Source: a virus (Duplodnaviria > Heunggongvirae > Uroviricota > Caudoviricetes). From it: a stretch of DNA of 64,000 nt. Every line of letters begins with the position of its first letter. Within the stretch, counting starts at the first letter, position 1. The stretch spans positions 105,848-169,847 of IMG/VR virus record IMGVR_UViG_3300020048_000021; one strand, written 5' to 3'. The notes below the pieces were generated by a model. The model saw only the letters and a program-made list of their open reading frames with translations, made no database searches and was not told the origin of the DNA. A program made the position numbers and the translations under genes. Shown here one piece after another: positions 50,721 through 60,499 of this stretch.

Positions 50721-51728
50721 ATGTCAACCAAAAAAATCTTAATAGTAACTGATAATTTACCAAATCAAATTAACGGTGTAGTCACCACATTCAAAAATAT
50801 TGCATCATATGCAGAAAAAGATGGATATGAATTATGTCACATAAATCCTACTTTCTTTCATTATATAGATGCCCCTAGATATCCAGAAGTTAAGTTATCA
50901 TGGCCGTGGGGTATTGCTAAGTTGATCAGAGATCATAATCCCGATTACATACACATTGCCACCGAGGGTCCATTAGGTATTGCTGCTAGTAATTATTGTT
51001 GGAGAAATAATCTTCGTTACAATACTAGCTATCATACGAAATTTCCAGAGTTTTTGAAAAAGATTTACAATATTCCGGAATCTTTAACTTATCGATATGT
51101 TCGATGGTTTCATAAACACAGTGGTAAAGTATTGACCACTACTCAGACTATGGTTAATGAATTAAAAGCAAATGGTTTTATTGGTAAAATTTATGGATGG
51201 ACAAGAGGCGTAGATAAGACAGTGTTCATTGATGGTTTGCGAAATGAAGATATCAAAAATCAATCTATATTACTCAGTGTTGGTCGAGTTAGTAAAGAGA
51301 AAAATCTAGATGCCTTTTGTCAATTGGATATTCCAAATACGATTAAAATAATTGTCGGAGATGGGCCGTATCGAAAAGAATTAGAAATTAAATACCCAAA
51401 TGTAAAATTCGTTGGAGTTAAAACTGGCACAGAACTCGCTAGATATTATGCCAATGCTGACGTTTTTGTTTTTCCGAGTCGAGTAGATACATTTGGAATC
51501 GTCATGATTGAATCTATTAGTATGGGAACACCAGTGGCAGCTTATCCAGTGCCTGGACCGATTGACATCATTGAGAATAATGTAACCGGTATATTGAATG
51601 ATGATCTAGAATTTGCAGTGAAAGAATGTTTGCAATTGAGCAGAGGACAAGTCAAGAAAAATAGTAATAAATGGACTTGGGAAAATTGTTGGGAAATATT
51701 TAGAGACAATCTAGTTACATCAAAATAA
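50721..51728 (+). CDS. glycosyltransferase family 4 (group 1 GT)
   Basis: GRVSKEKNLD... and VFVFPSRVDTFGIVMIESISMGTPVAAY match the GT4 C-terminal EX7E-type block. Confidence 0.65.
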   Translation: MSTKKILIVTDNLPNQINGVVTTFKNIASYAEKDGYELCHINPTFFHYIDAPRYPEVKLSWPWGIAKLIRDHNPDYIHIATEGPLGIAASNYCWRNNLRYNTSYHTKFPEFLKKIYNIPESLTYRYVRWFHKHSGKVLTTTQTMVNELKANGFIGKIYGWTRGVDKTVFIDGLRNEDIKNQSILLSVGRVSKEKNLDAFCQLDIPNTIKIIVGDGPYRKELEIKYPNVKFVGVKTGTELARYYANADVFVFPSRVDTFGIVMIESISMGTPVAAYPVPGPIDIIENNVTGILNDDLEFAVKECLQLSRGQVKKNSNKWTWENCWEIFRDNLVTSK

Positions 51729-51875
51729 TTCATTTATCCACATTAGATTGACATTATAATAGCATATGTTATATACTAGTATACATACACGAATCGTGTA
51801 TTCTAACTTAAAGAAAATTAAAAATGAAATCAGTTCTTACACTTTTGACTATGATCATTAGGCATATTTAATAAA

Positions 51876-52292
51876 ATGAGCTACTTAAATACTCGTGGTA
51901 TTACCATTGACTTTGAAGAATGGATTGTTAAACGTAGAGAAGAAAAAGAAGAGTATAATTGGAGCGTAGATAATTGGGTTAGAGACATACATGGTTTGTA
52001 TTATCTTGATAGAAAATGTAATCTTTCTGGTTTCATGATCGGTCCCGTAGTTACATATCGAGGTAGTTTCTGTAACGCAATTACACGTAAGATTGAATCT
52101 CTTGATGAGTTTATTCTTCATTGTGAAGAAGAATTTGCAGAAAAGCATATATTTCTATACGATCTACACTACAATGTAGGTATGCCAACGTATACCAAAG
52201 AACTAGATCCTACAACATTTGAGCCAGTATATTTAGATCGACCAATAGAACATGAAATTTGTGGCTGGCGTATAAGATACGGCGAAATATAG
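51876..52292 (+). CDS. hypothetical protein
   Basis: 138 aa ORF. Confidence 0.4.
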   Translation: MSYLNTRGITIDFEEWIVKRREEKEEYNWSVDNWVRDIHGLYYLDRKCNLSGFMIGPVVTYRGSFCNAITRKIESLDEFILHCEEEFAEKHIFLYDLHYNVGMPTYTKELDPTTFEPVYLDRPIEHEICGWRIRYGEI

Positions 52293-52345
52293 TGTTGTAT
52301 TTTTACAACACTATAGTTGACAGTAAATCCATAGTATAGTATACT
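52293..52345 (+). promoter_or_regulatory. PeSL cassette: palindrome TGTTGTA-N5-TACAACA + promoter TTGACA(52317-52322)-17-TATACT(52340-52345)
   Basis: sequence read. Confidence 0.65.
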
Positions 52346-52375
52346 ATAAGTGTAAGATAAGAAAAGGAATTAAAT

Positions 52376-52819
52376 ATGAAAAAAGGCGAAATGCTTGACA
52401 GGATGTTAGTTATTGCTACTAATGCTCACTCTGGTCAATTTGATCGTGGGGGTGCTCCATATATTCTTCATCCTCTTAGAGTTATGTCGTTTTTAAAAAC
52501 CTCTGATGAAGAATTACAATGTATTGCTTTGGGACATGATGTTATCGAAGACACCGATGTTACCTATAAGGATTTAGCTGATAGTGGAATCTCTGAACGT
52601 GTTATTATCGGCATTCGTGCTTTGACTAAAGTTCCGGGAGAAACTCTTGATGAATACAAAGCACGAGTTTTTGCCAATATTGATGCCATGCAAGTTAAAC
52701 TTTGTGACTTACGGCACAATACGGATATTCGCCGCTTAAAGGGCGTTACAGAAAAAGATATTGCCCGTATGGCAAAATATCATACTTTTTATTTAGAAAT
52801 TCAAGCACGTTTAGATTGA
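52376..52819 (+). CDS. HD-domain protein of the RelA/SpoT hydrolase type (candidate (p)ppGpp hydrolase)
   Basis: ATNAHSGQFDRGGAPYILHPLRV and IALGHDVIEDTD match the SpoT-type HD hydrolase motif; 147 aa. Confidence 0.55.
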   Translation: MKKGEMLDRMLVIATNAHSGQFDRGGAPYILHPLRVMSFLKTSDEELQCIALGHDVIEDTDVTYKDLADSGISERVIIGIRALTKVPGETLDEYKARVFANIDAMQVKLCDLRHNTDIRRLKGVTEKDIARMAKYHTFYLEIQARLD

Positions 52820-52844
52820 CAGTAAATCAGAATTCTGATACAAT
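52816..52844 (+). promoter_or_regulatory. sigma70-type promoter TTGACAGTAAATC-17-TACAAT upstream of rIIA
   Basis: TTGACA 52816-52821, TACAAT 52839-52844. Confidence 0.6.
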
Positions 52845-52877
52845 TACACTTACACTGACACACAACAAGAGATTTTA

Positions 52878-55079
52878 ATGATTCTTAATAATACCCCAAA
52901 ACACGAAGCAGTTCTTAGCAATGTTGGCGAAATCGGTGAATTCCGAATTCGTAATAGTGCTAAGGCATTCTCGATTCTATCTAGTGGCTTATATGCCAAT
53001 AAAATTCGTGCCATTATTCGTGAATTATCATGTAATGCTGTAGACAGTCATGTGGCGGCTGATTGTCCTGATACGCCATTCGATGTTCATCTGCCTACTA
53101 GTTTAGAACCGTGGTTTTCTATTCGTGATTATGGAACTGGCTTATCTCACGATCAAGTTACACGAATTTACACTACATATTTTGAATCGACCAAAACTGG
53201 ATCAAACGATTTTATCGGAGCATTGGGTCTTGGCTCAAAATCCCCATTCTCTTATACTGACAACTTTACTGTTGCTGCCGTACAAAATGGAGTTCGTGGA
53301 ATTTATTCTGCCTTTATTAACGCTGATGGTGTTCCCAGTATTGCTCTTATGTCTACAGAAACATCAGATCAACCAAATGGCGTTGAGATCAAATTTTCTG
53401 TAAATTCTTCATATGATTATTCAAAGTTTCGTGAAGAAGCCCAAAATGTTTATCTTCATTTCAAATTACGTCCAGTTTTTAATATTGATTTAAAGATCAA
53501 CACTCATGAATATAGCTCGCGAGATATTATTACTGGAGTTCATGAGTACAAGAATCGAACTGTTACTACTGCCATTATGGGTAATATTGCTTATCCAATT
53601 GACGTTCCAAACTCTAGAACTGCGTTAGGGGATTTATCACAACTGCTAAATTCCAATCTTGAAATGCACTTTGATATTGGTGAATTAGACTTTCAGGCAA
53701 GTCGTGAGGGCTTGTCGTATGTTCCACAAACCATTGAGGCTATCAAGAATAAGCTAGCAAAGATCAACTCGGCTCTTACTAAGCGACTGACAACAGAAAT
53801 GGATTTGATCGAAAATCTATGGGATCGTGCCCATATGTTGAGCAAGAAAATGGAACGAAATTTATGGCGCGAAGCAGTAGTAAAATACATTGCTGATACC
53901 AAATTTCCTTTGCTTAAAGCATCCGGTGGATATGGAAATTATTCGGTTTTTGATCTGTTGAGTTTGGAATTACAATCTAAGTATAACATTGTAATTCGTT
54001 CATTTACTGTATCTAGTACTACTGGTAATAAGATAACGTGTTCTATTAATCACGAACGTTCTGTTCGTATTATTGACCCGAAAAATCCGACCGCTCTTCA
54101 TCAACAGGGTTGGCAAATTCCGTCTTCGCCCAGTGTTAGCTTTATCGTTAATGATACAAAAAAGGGAGCGACTGAGCGTTCTAAATTTCATTATCGTTCA
54201 ACCAAAACCAATCACTCAACAGAGACAATTTATGTTATTGAGCCATTTGATCGTAGTAAGAAAATTGAAGTAGATGAATTTTTTAAATTTTTGAAAAATC
54301 CTCCTCGTGTTGTATTGGTCAGCACTTTGTTACAAAAAGAACGTAAGTCAGTAAACAAAGATGTAACCATTATGAGTTTACAACGGCGAGATCCTCGCGG
54401 CTATAATAGTAATAGCAGTGATTTAGTATGGCGAGATGCAGGCAAAAGCGATAGTTTTTGTACAACCACTACTCACTACTACTTACCATTGAATGGATTC
54501 ATTATGACTTCCAAATATGAATGGATTCAATCTGCCAGTGAGTTGGGTAGTATCTTACGAAACATTGAATTCGGTGATTTAAATAAAATTAACGTTTATG
54601 GTGTTCGTAAGGGTGATATTAAGTTTATTGAATCACAGACAAATTGGGTCAATTTAGAAGATCATATTGTTGCCACACTTGTTAAGTTTCGTAGCAATAT
54701 TATTGATACAATGATGTCCAAATCTCTTGACTATTTTGTCTTTGGGAAGTATAATAAGAATACAGCATCAATTTTAAATCAAGTCACTGATTCAACCGGT
54801 AAATACTCAGCATTGATTAATAAGATTAAGCAATTGAATACTATTCCAATGTCTAGTGAAAGTTGTATTAAGCAGTTAGTAAGTGGATATGATAAAGATA
54901 CAATGTCATTGATCACTTCAAGTATTACTAAATTACACTCTGAGTGTAAGGAATGCTACAATCATTATCCATTGTTATCTATGTTGGAACATTCCATTAA
55001 TCAGTTTAGTTTTGATAGCAGTAAATTTGCAGACTACATTAATTTAATTGATAGTAAATCTAATAAAAAGGAAATTTAA
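52878..55079 (+). CDS. rIIA: rIIA protein (membrane-integrity protector)
   Basis: AKAFSILSSGLYANKIRAIIRELSCNAVDSH and NDFIGALGLGSKSPFSYTDNFTVAA align with T4 rIIA; 733 aa. Confidence 0.8.
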   Translation: MILNNTPKHEAVLSNVGEIGEFRIRNSAKAFSILSSGLYANKIRAIIRELSCNAVDSHVAADCPDTPFDVHLPTSLEPWFSIRDYGTGLSHDQVTRIYTTYFESTKTGSNDFIGALGLGSKSPFSYTDNFTVAAVQNGVRGIYSAFINADGVPSIALMSTETSDQPNGVEIKFSVNSSYDYSKFREEAQNVYLHFKLRPVFNIDLKINTHEYSSRDIITGVHEYKNRTVTTAIMGNIAYPIDVPNSRTALGDLSQLLNSNLEMHFDIGELDFQASREGLSYVPQTIEAIKNKLAKINSALTKRLTTEMDLIENLWDRAHMLSKKMERNLWREAVVKYIADTKFPLLKASGGYGNYSVFDLLSLELQSKYNIVIRSFTVSSTTGNKITCSINHERSVRIIDPKNPTALHQQGWQIPSSPSVSFIVNDTKKGATERSKFHYRSTKTNHSTETIYVIEPFDRSKKIEVDEFFKFLKNPPRVVLVSTLLQKERKSVNKDVTIMSLQRRDPRGYNSNSSDLVWRDAGKSDSFCTTTTHYYLPLNGFIMTSKYEWIQSASELGSILRNIEFGDLNKINVYGVRKGDIKFIESQTNWVNLEDHIVATLVKFRSNIIDTMMSKSLDYFVFGKYNKNTASILNQVTDSTGKYSALINKIKQLNTIPMSSESCIKQLVSGYDKDTMSLITSSITKLHSECKECYNHYPLLSMLEHSINQFSFDSSKFADYINLIDSKSNKKEI

Positions 55080-55080
55080 A

Positions 55081-55896
55081 ATGTCTTATCCGTATATTGT
55101 ACAAGGTAATAACATCGTAGTGGTCATTGACAATCAGCCACATACGATTTCTAAAACACACATCACTTATCAAAAAGTGCTGGATGCCATTAAGGCAAAT
55201 GATTGGGATGCAGTTAAAGACGTAATCGAACCAAAGAAAGTAGTTCTGAATTACGGTCAAGGTAACGTTGAAATTCAAGGCGAAACTTTGTTTTGGCGTG
55301 GAACTGAAATGCACAATTCACTCACCACTAGAATGATTTCTATGTTGCAAGAGGGTTTCCCAATTGAACCTTTGGTATTGTTCATGGAAAATCTTATGAG
55401 CAATCCAAGCAAGCGTGCAGTTGATGAACTGTATGGTTTCTTGGAACACAATGTTCTTCCGATTACACCCGATGGTCATTTCTTGGCTTACAAGAAAGTC
55501 CGTGAAGACTATATGGACGTTCATAGCGGAACTTTCAATAACTCAGTCGGTAAGATTTGTGAAATGGAACGTAATCAAGTTGACGATGACAAAGATCGTA
55601 CTTGTTCGACTGGATTGCACTTTTGCTCACAAGAGTATTTGTCTAGCTTTGGTGGTCAACATACGATGATTCTCAAGATCAATCCTCGTGACGTTGTTAG
55701 TATTCCTAGTGATTACAACAACAGCAAGGGTCGTACTTGTCGCTACGAAGTTATCGACGAATTGGCAGTGGATCCAAGTGATGCATTTACTCGTTCGATT
55801 CAAAATTCTGCTAATGGTTCTGATCTTTACGAAGATGAAGACGATTGGATCGATGATGACGAAGACGAGTTCGATACGTCTAAAGGCTGGAATTAA
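55081..55896 (+). CDS. rIIB: rIIB protein
   Basis: ATG 55081; LENLMSNPSKRAVDELYGFL... CSTGLHFCSQEYL... INPRDVVSIPSDYNNSKGRTCRYEVIDEL align with T4 rIIB. Confidence 0.8.
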   Translation: MSYPYIVQGNNIVVVIDNQPHTISKTHITYQKVLDAIKANDWDAVKDVIEPKKVVLNYGQGNVEIQGETLFWRGTEMHNSLTTRMISMLQEGFPIEPLVLFMENLMSNPSKRAVDELYGFLEHNVLPITPDGHFLAYKKVREDYMDVHSGTFNNSVGKICEMERNQVDDDKDRTCSTGLHFCSQEYLSSFGGQHTMILKINPRDVVSIPSDYNNSKGRTCRYEVIDELAVDPSDAFTRSIQNSANGSDLYEDEDDWIDDDEDEFDTSKGWN

Positions 55897-55902
55897 TCAA
55901 TC

Positions 55903-56382
55903 ATGATCGAGATTCAAGCACCTAATAGTGATGAACATATCGATCATGTTCTGCCAAGAATCTTTTTGGCAGGGTCAATCGAAATGGGTGTAGCTGAAAA
56001 TTGGCAAACTCGTGTTACTAAAGATTTGGCTGATTATGACGTGGTGCTATTGAATCCTCGTCGTGATGATTGGGATTCGTCGTGGAAACAATCTATCGAC
56101 GATCCTCAGTTTAATGAACAGGTTTCATGGGAACTGAACGGGTTAGAATCTGCCAGCTTCATTATCTTTTATTTTGATCCTAGTACTAAGTCACCAATTA
56201 CATTAATGGAATTGGGTTTGGAAGCTAGTTCACATGGACACTTAGTAGTATGTTGCCCAGAAGGTTTTTGGCGTAAGGGTAATGTAGAAATGGTATGTGA
56301 TCGATATGCTATTCCATTGTACGATAACTACGATGAGATGATCACTCACGTTAAAGATTATCTTGGCTTGTATGTATGTTAA
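55903..56382 (+). CDS. nucleoside 2-deoxyribosyltransferase-like protein
   Basis: IFLAGSIEMG ... VVLLNPRRDDWD resembles NDT-family blocks. Confidence 0.45.
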   Translation: MIEIQAPNSDEHIDHVLPRIFLAGSIEMGVAENWQTRVTKDLADYDVVLLNPRRDDWDSSWKQSIDDPQFNEQVSWELNGLESASFIIFYFDPSTKSPITLMELGLEASSHGHLVVCCPEGFWRKGNVEMVCDRYAIPLYDNYDEMITHVKDYLGLYVC

Positions 56383-56477
56383 TGTTGGAATAAATTATGA
56401 ACGACGTATTTTTGATTATGATTTTAATTATTTGTATTCTGTTTCTTGTCATCTCATCAAAGTAGGAAAGTAAAATA

Positions 56478-56987
56478 ATGAAACACACAGTTGAATACGA
56501 GTTGATTAATCGTTTCTATGGAGATCGGGTCGCCCGGCGTAGCCAAGTTCCATTGATCAATCATATCAACGAAGGATTAGTTGTTCTCTCTGTTATTGGT
56601 GCCACAGATGCGGTCAAACGAGCATTTTGTATTCATCCTTTGTTACAAGCAGACGAAGATTTACAAGAGAACTATTATATTGCTTCCTTGATTGACCCTC
56701 ATGTGTTAATGTTGGCCATGGAGTATCGTAGTGTGGCAAATGAGTATTTGAGCAACAAAGTAAACACAGAGCAAGAGATTCGGTTAAGCCCATTGAAGGA
56801 AGTCAATCAAATGTTGATTGCCGACAAGGTACAAAACTACAAAGACTTTTTAACATATCACTATGATACTCACGAACTCAGTGCTGAGTTACTTGTATAC
56901 TTTGCAAGATGGTTTAAGAAACTGGATATTGACGATGCGACATATCTTGATCTCTGCAAAGCAATTGACGAAAGGAAAGTAAAATGA
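56478..56987 (+). CDS. hypothetical protein
   Basis: 169 aa ORF. Confidence 0.4.
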   Translation: MKHTVEYELINRFYGDRVARRSQVPLINHINEGLVVLSVIGATDAVKRAFCIHPLLQADEDLQENYYIASLIDPHVLMLAMEYRSVANEYLSNKVNTEQEIRLSPLKEVNQMLIADKVQNYKDFLTYHYDTHELSAELLVYFARWFKKLDIDDATYLDLCKAIDERKVK

Positions 56988-57223
56988 ACAAGATGAATGA
57001 CGCACTTGGCAATGAAATCGTAATCGGTCAACGGTACGGATATTCTACATCGAGTACCGTAGTGATCGGCCGCGCTGTTCGGTTGACTACTTTAAAGGTC
57101 ACCATAGAAAATGAAAAGACTCGTCATTTCTTATACGGCGAAGAAACTGTGAGAGATTGGGTCGGTAATGCAAAGACTGTATCAGTTTTCTCATGGCACC
57201 TATTTCCAATAAAGGACGTGTAA
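56984..57223 (+). CDS. hypothetical protein
   Basis: 79 aa, ATGA coupling. Confidence 0.4.
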   Translation: MNKMNDALGNEIVIGQRYGYSTSSTVVIGRAVRLTTLKVTIENEKTRHFLYGEETVRDWVGNAKTVSVFSWHLFPIKDV

Positions 57224-57435
57224 TGTTAAAAGATCGTAGAATATTAGTAGAGAAAGAACTTAACAAGACAAGAGCAGACGCAGCTATTGTGTACATGGAC
57301 ATGATGCGTAGTGAGATAACAAACTACGACGGCTTTCGGCTCGATGAGACGTATCAAGACCTCAAAGAACGCATTACGGATTTGACCATTGACCTAAGCG
57401 TGATCAATAGTCTGATCGAACAGGGACACGAATAA
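57223..57435 (+). CDS. hypothetical protein
   Basis: ATG 57223 overlapping upstream TAA by 1 nt. Confidence 0.35.
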   Translation: MLKDRRILVEKELNKTRADAAIVYMDMMRSEITNYDGFRLDETYQDLKERITDLTIDLSVINSLIEQGHE

Positions 57436-57680
57436 TGTTCTCAGTCGTAGTTGATGATAAGGTGGAGGACATTCGTTATAAACGTCACACTGAATATTCA
57501 TATCTTGTTTACTTAGGAGACAGATACATTGGACAAGTGTTTCGTCCCGATAAAGGATGGGATTTAGTGTCCACTAATTCGCCAGACATTGCCATGTCGC
57601 TAGGCGCAATGTCTGGATTCAGAACAAGACATAATGCGACAGAAATGTTGCTGAGATTGAATCAAATAGGCGGTAGATAA
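57435..57680 (+). CDS. hypothetical protein
   Basis: 81 aa, TAATG coupling. Confidence 0.4.
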   Translation: MFSVVVDDKVEDIRYKRHTEYSYLVYLGDRYIGQVFRPDKGWDLVSTNSPDIAMSLGAMSGFRTRHNATEMLLRLNQIGGR

Positions 57681-57928
57681 TGGACTGGGATAAAGAACCT
57701 AAACTAAAAGAATTTGCAGAGGCATTCGCTGACTATCTCAACGATGTAGGCTGTATGGACAATCCAGATGGTTGGATGGGTTCACACAAAATTGTATCCC
57801 GAATCAATATCCTATGCGAAGATTCGGATGAAGATATTGAGTATGAAGTATGCGGACTAGAATATGATCAGCTAATGGGCTGTGGTTGCCCCGCAGATAT
57901 TACAATTAAAATACGGAAAGTAAAATAA
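57680..57928 (+). CDS. hypothetical acidic protein
   Basis: 82 aa, TAATG coupling. Confidence 0.4.
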   Translation: MDWDKEPKLKEFAEAFADYLNDVGCMDNPDGWMGSHKIVSRINILCEDSDEDIEYEVCGLEYDQLMGCGCPADITIKIRKVK

Positions 57929-57960
57929 AAGAAATTAATTTAAAATCAATAAATAGTAAT

Positions 57961-58668
57961 ATGAGAACAGTAGAAGAAATTTCTAAAATTAAATCTAGAA
58001 TGACTGATCCGTATGCTATTCAAGATTTTTTGTCTATTGACGAAATAAATCATCTAATTGATTTATTTGAATCTCAAGAAATCGAACCAAATAAAGTATA
58101 TAAAAATACAGGTCCGATAACTCTAGATATTAAATTTCATTTAACTGATTCAGTAATATCTAAAATTATCGATAAACTAGTTAAAGAAATTGGACCATTT
58201 GAAATAACTGCTGGATTTTTCTTTACAACAAATTATCCACATATTATACATAATGATGATACATTTGAATTACCGAGCACCGTATATAAGGGAATAACTA
58301 TACCATTAAAAACGTATGGATCGAATAATATACCCAAACTTTGTTTTTTCGATCAATGTTACTTTCATGGTCCCGCTAAATTTTTTAATGAGGATAGTAA
58401 TATTCCAACATACTACAACAAGCAAATATATGAGTACTCGGACGTAGACGGAATTCAGAATGAAATGCTTATTGATGAATCCACAAGAGTTAAACATTTA
58501 ACACATTTAAAAACAATGTGGTTAAAGGGCTTAACACTGTGGGGAACATTAGATTGGAAACCCACCAGTGCATTAATTTTCGATAGTGTGAAATTACATT
58601 GCGCCAGCGATTTTAGAACTCAAGGAATTGAGCGTAAATTAGGTATAAGTATTTTTACAAAATTATAA
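57961..58668 (+). CDS. hypothetical protein
   Basis: 235 aa ORF in the local AT-rich stretch. Confidence 0.4.
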   Translation: MRTVEEISKIKSRMTDPYAIQDFLSIDEINHLIDLFESQEIEPNKVYKNTGPITLDIKFHLTDSVISKIIDKLVKEIGPFEITAGFFFTTNYPHIIHNDDTFELPSTVYKGITIPLKTYGSNNIPKLCFFDQCYFHGPAKFFNEDSNIPTYYNKQIYEYSDVDGIQNEMLIDESTRVKHLTHLKTMWLKGLTLWGTLDWKPTSALIFDSVKLHCASDFRTQGIERKLGISIFTKL

Positions 58669-58749
58669 GTTACTATCTCAGATAGTATCAAGTTTCAAAG
58701 TTGAAGTATATTAATATTGAACTTCAATGAAGCGAAAAATTATTTTAAG

Positions 58750-59442
58750 TCAATGAGTGTGTGCTAAACTTGCAATTACTTTTGATACATTAGATGTTGT
58801 AAACGGAACATTAATAATTAAGTGTTGACTATTATCAACCCAGCTAATAGTACGATGTGTCATACGTGTATTAACATAGTATACTTGACCCATTTGTATG
58901 TTCATTTTTCTATCATCCATTAACCAATCATACTGTAATGGCCCACAATTGTTTAAGAATACTATTAAACGAAAACATTCTCGTGGCATACTAGGATGAT
59001 CTCGATGAGGAACAAAGTATCCTCCTATATTAGATTGTACGATGAATGTTCGACCCAACGGTGACCACGAATTTAAAAATGAATGTAAACTAGTACACGC
59101 TCTATACACATCAGTTGGCTCGGTAAATTCTGTCTCACTTACTCTTCGACCAGCCTCGTAACTGGCTTGTGCGTTACTAGGAGAATCAATGTGAGTTTTC
59201 CCGGGAAGATTGGTAAGAGTTAACGCTCGTCTATTATTATGACGATCGGTACGAGGCAAATAATCTACCCAATCATTATTAAATTGACTTATTTCATTCA
59301 TATATTGACCAGTATTAATCCATATATTCAATGGTTCAAATGATCCGAGACTGAGTAACGAGAGTTCATTTGACAATGTTTCATTGTCAACATTTCCCGT
59401 ATACTCAGCAGATCGTCCACTTATTCCTGGTGGTACTTTCAT
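58750..59442 (-). CDS. hypothetical protein, possible cupin/2OG-Fe(II) oxygenase-like
   Basis: VPHRDH (HxD) and downstream MTHRT His. Confidence 0.3.
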   Translation of the reverse strand: MKVPPGISGRSAEYTGNVDNETLSNELSLLSLGSFEPLNIWINTGQYMNEISQFNNDWVDYLPRTDRHNNRRALTLTNLPGKTHIDSPSNAQASYEAGRRVSETEFTEPTDVYRACTSLHSFLNSWSPLGRTFIVQSNIGGYFVPHRDHPSMPRECFRLIVFLNNCGPLQYDWLMDDRKMNIQMGQVYYVNTRMTHRTISWVDNSQHLIINVPFTTSNVSKVIASLAHTH

Positions 59443-60092
59443 ATGTAACTTACCATTGAGTTTATGTCAGATCTTTTTATTCTAGTAGGGATGTCTCTGA
59501 TAGAGGAATGATGATTAGCAAGATCAAACCCCATTTCAACATTGTCATTATAAACTTTCATAGTTTGGCTTATATCATGACTAGTAGCATATCCAAATCC
59601 CATACTAACTATCGCAGTTGACTTAGGCTTGTTTAATCTATCAGCTATTTCTCGACCACCGATACATCCGCAAAATCCTGTATTAACACCTAGTTCTTCT
59701 GCTTGACACATGGCCATTGTAGCACTAATAATACAATCGTTATTAGTTCGTAAGAACTCGTTTTCATTATAATCGTTAACTGCCTGATCAAATTGTTTTG
59801 CTAGCCAAATCATTACAACAGGCGCCAGTACTTGTCCATTATATCTTCGTAGTCCTTCTCCTGGTTTATCTCGTACTTTATCCAAACACGAAGTATTGTC
59901 CCAATACAACCATTGTTTAAATTCTTTGCCGGTAGGACTATCTGTAAGTACAACTATTTCAAAATCATAGTTACCTTGTTTACTTGGCGCCAAATATGCA
60001 CACTCAATTATGGTTTTGATTTTTTCATCTTCGAGTGATCGGTCTTGCCACCATTTGGTTGTGTAACGATTTCTTAAATGATCTAATAACAT
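59439..60092 (-). CDS. hypothetical protein (possible nitroreductase-like fold)
   Basis: 217 aa, 4-nt overlap with downstream minus-strand gene; weak resemblance only. Confidence 0.3.
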   Translation of the reverse strand: MLLDHLRNRYTTKWWQDRSLEDEKIKTIIECAYLAPSKQGNYDFEIVVLTDSPTGKEFKQWLYWDNTSCLDKVRDKPGEGLRRYNGQVLAPVVMIWLAKQFDQAVNDYNENEFLRTNNDCIISATMAMCQAEELGVNTGFCGCIGGREIADRLNKPKSTAIVSMGFGYATSHDISQTMKVYNDNVEMGFDLANHHSSIRDIPTRIKRSDINSMVSYI

Positions 60093-60159
60093 ATTTATCC
60101 TAATAATATATATTTATCGTGTTATTCTATCATAACAAAAATATGTTTGTCCTAATTTA

Positions 60160-60188
60160 TTGACAAAATTCATTTAATATTATATAAT
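60160..60188 (+). promoter_or_regulatory. sigma70-type promoter TTGACA-17-TATAAT
   Basis: TTGACA 60160-60165, TATAAT 60183-60188. Confidence 0.55.
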
Positions 60189-60229
60189 ATTAAATCAAGT
60201 GATATTACAATTAAAATACGGAAAATAAA

Positions 60230-60499
60230 ATGATTATTAAAGATGCTACGCCTCATCAACAAGCATTGGCTGATTTACTAAACAAAAAACTTGACGAATA
60301 TTATATTGAATATGGGTCAGAACATGTTGCTGATAAATTCTTAGAATTTATTATGACTCATGATGAGCATACTCAGAAACAAATGAAGGCGGTATCATTA
60401 ATGACAATTCAGCAATTGGCAAATAATATTGGCACTCTTGAAGTTCAGCAAGAAGCACAAGAGAGCATAACAAGAATTTTAAAGAAACATTTGCCATGA
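60230..60499 (+). CDS. hypothetical protein
   Basis: 89 aa, RBS ACGGAAAATAAAATG. Confidence 0.4.
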   Translation: MIIKDATPHQQALADLLNKKLDEYYIEYGSEHVADKFLEFIMTHDEHTQKQMKAVSLMTIQQLANNIGTLEVQQEAQESITRILKKHLP

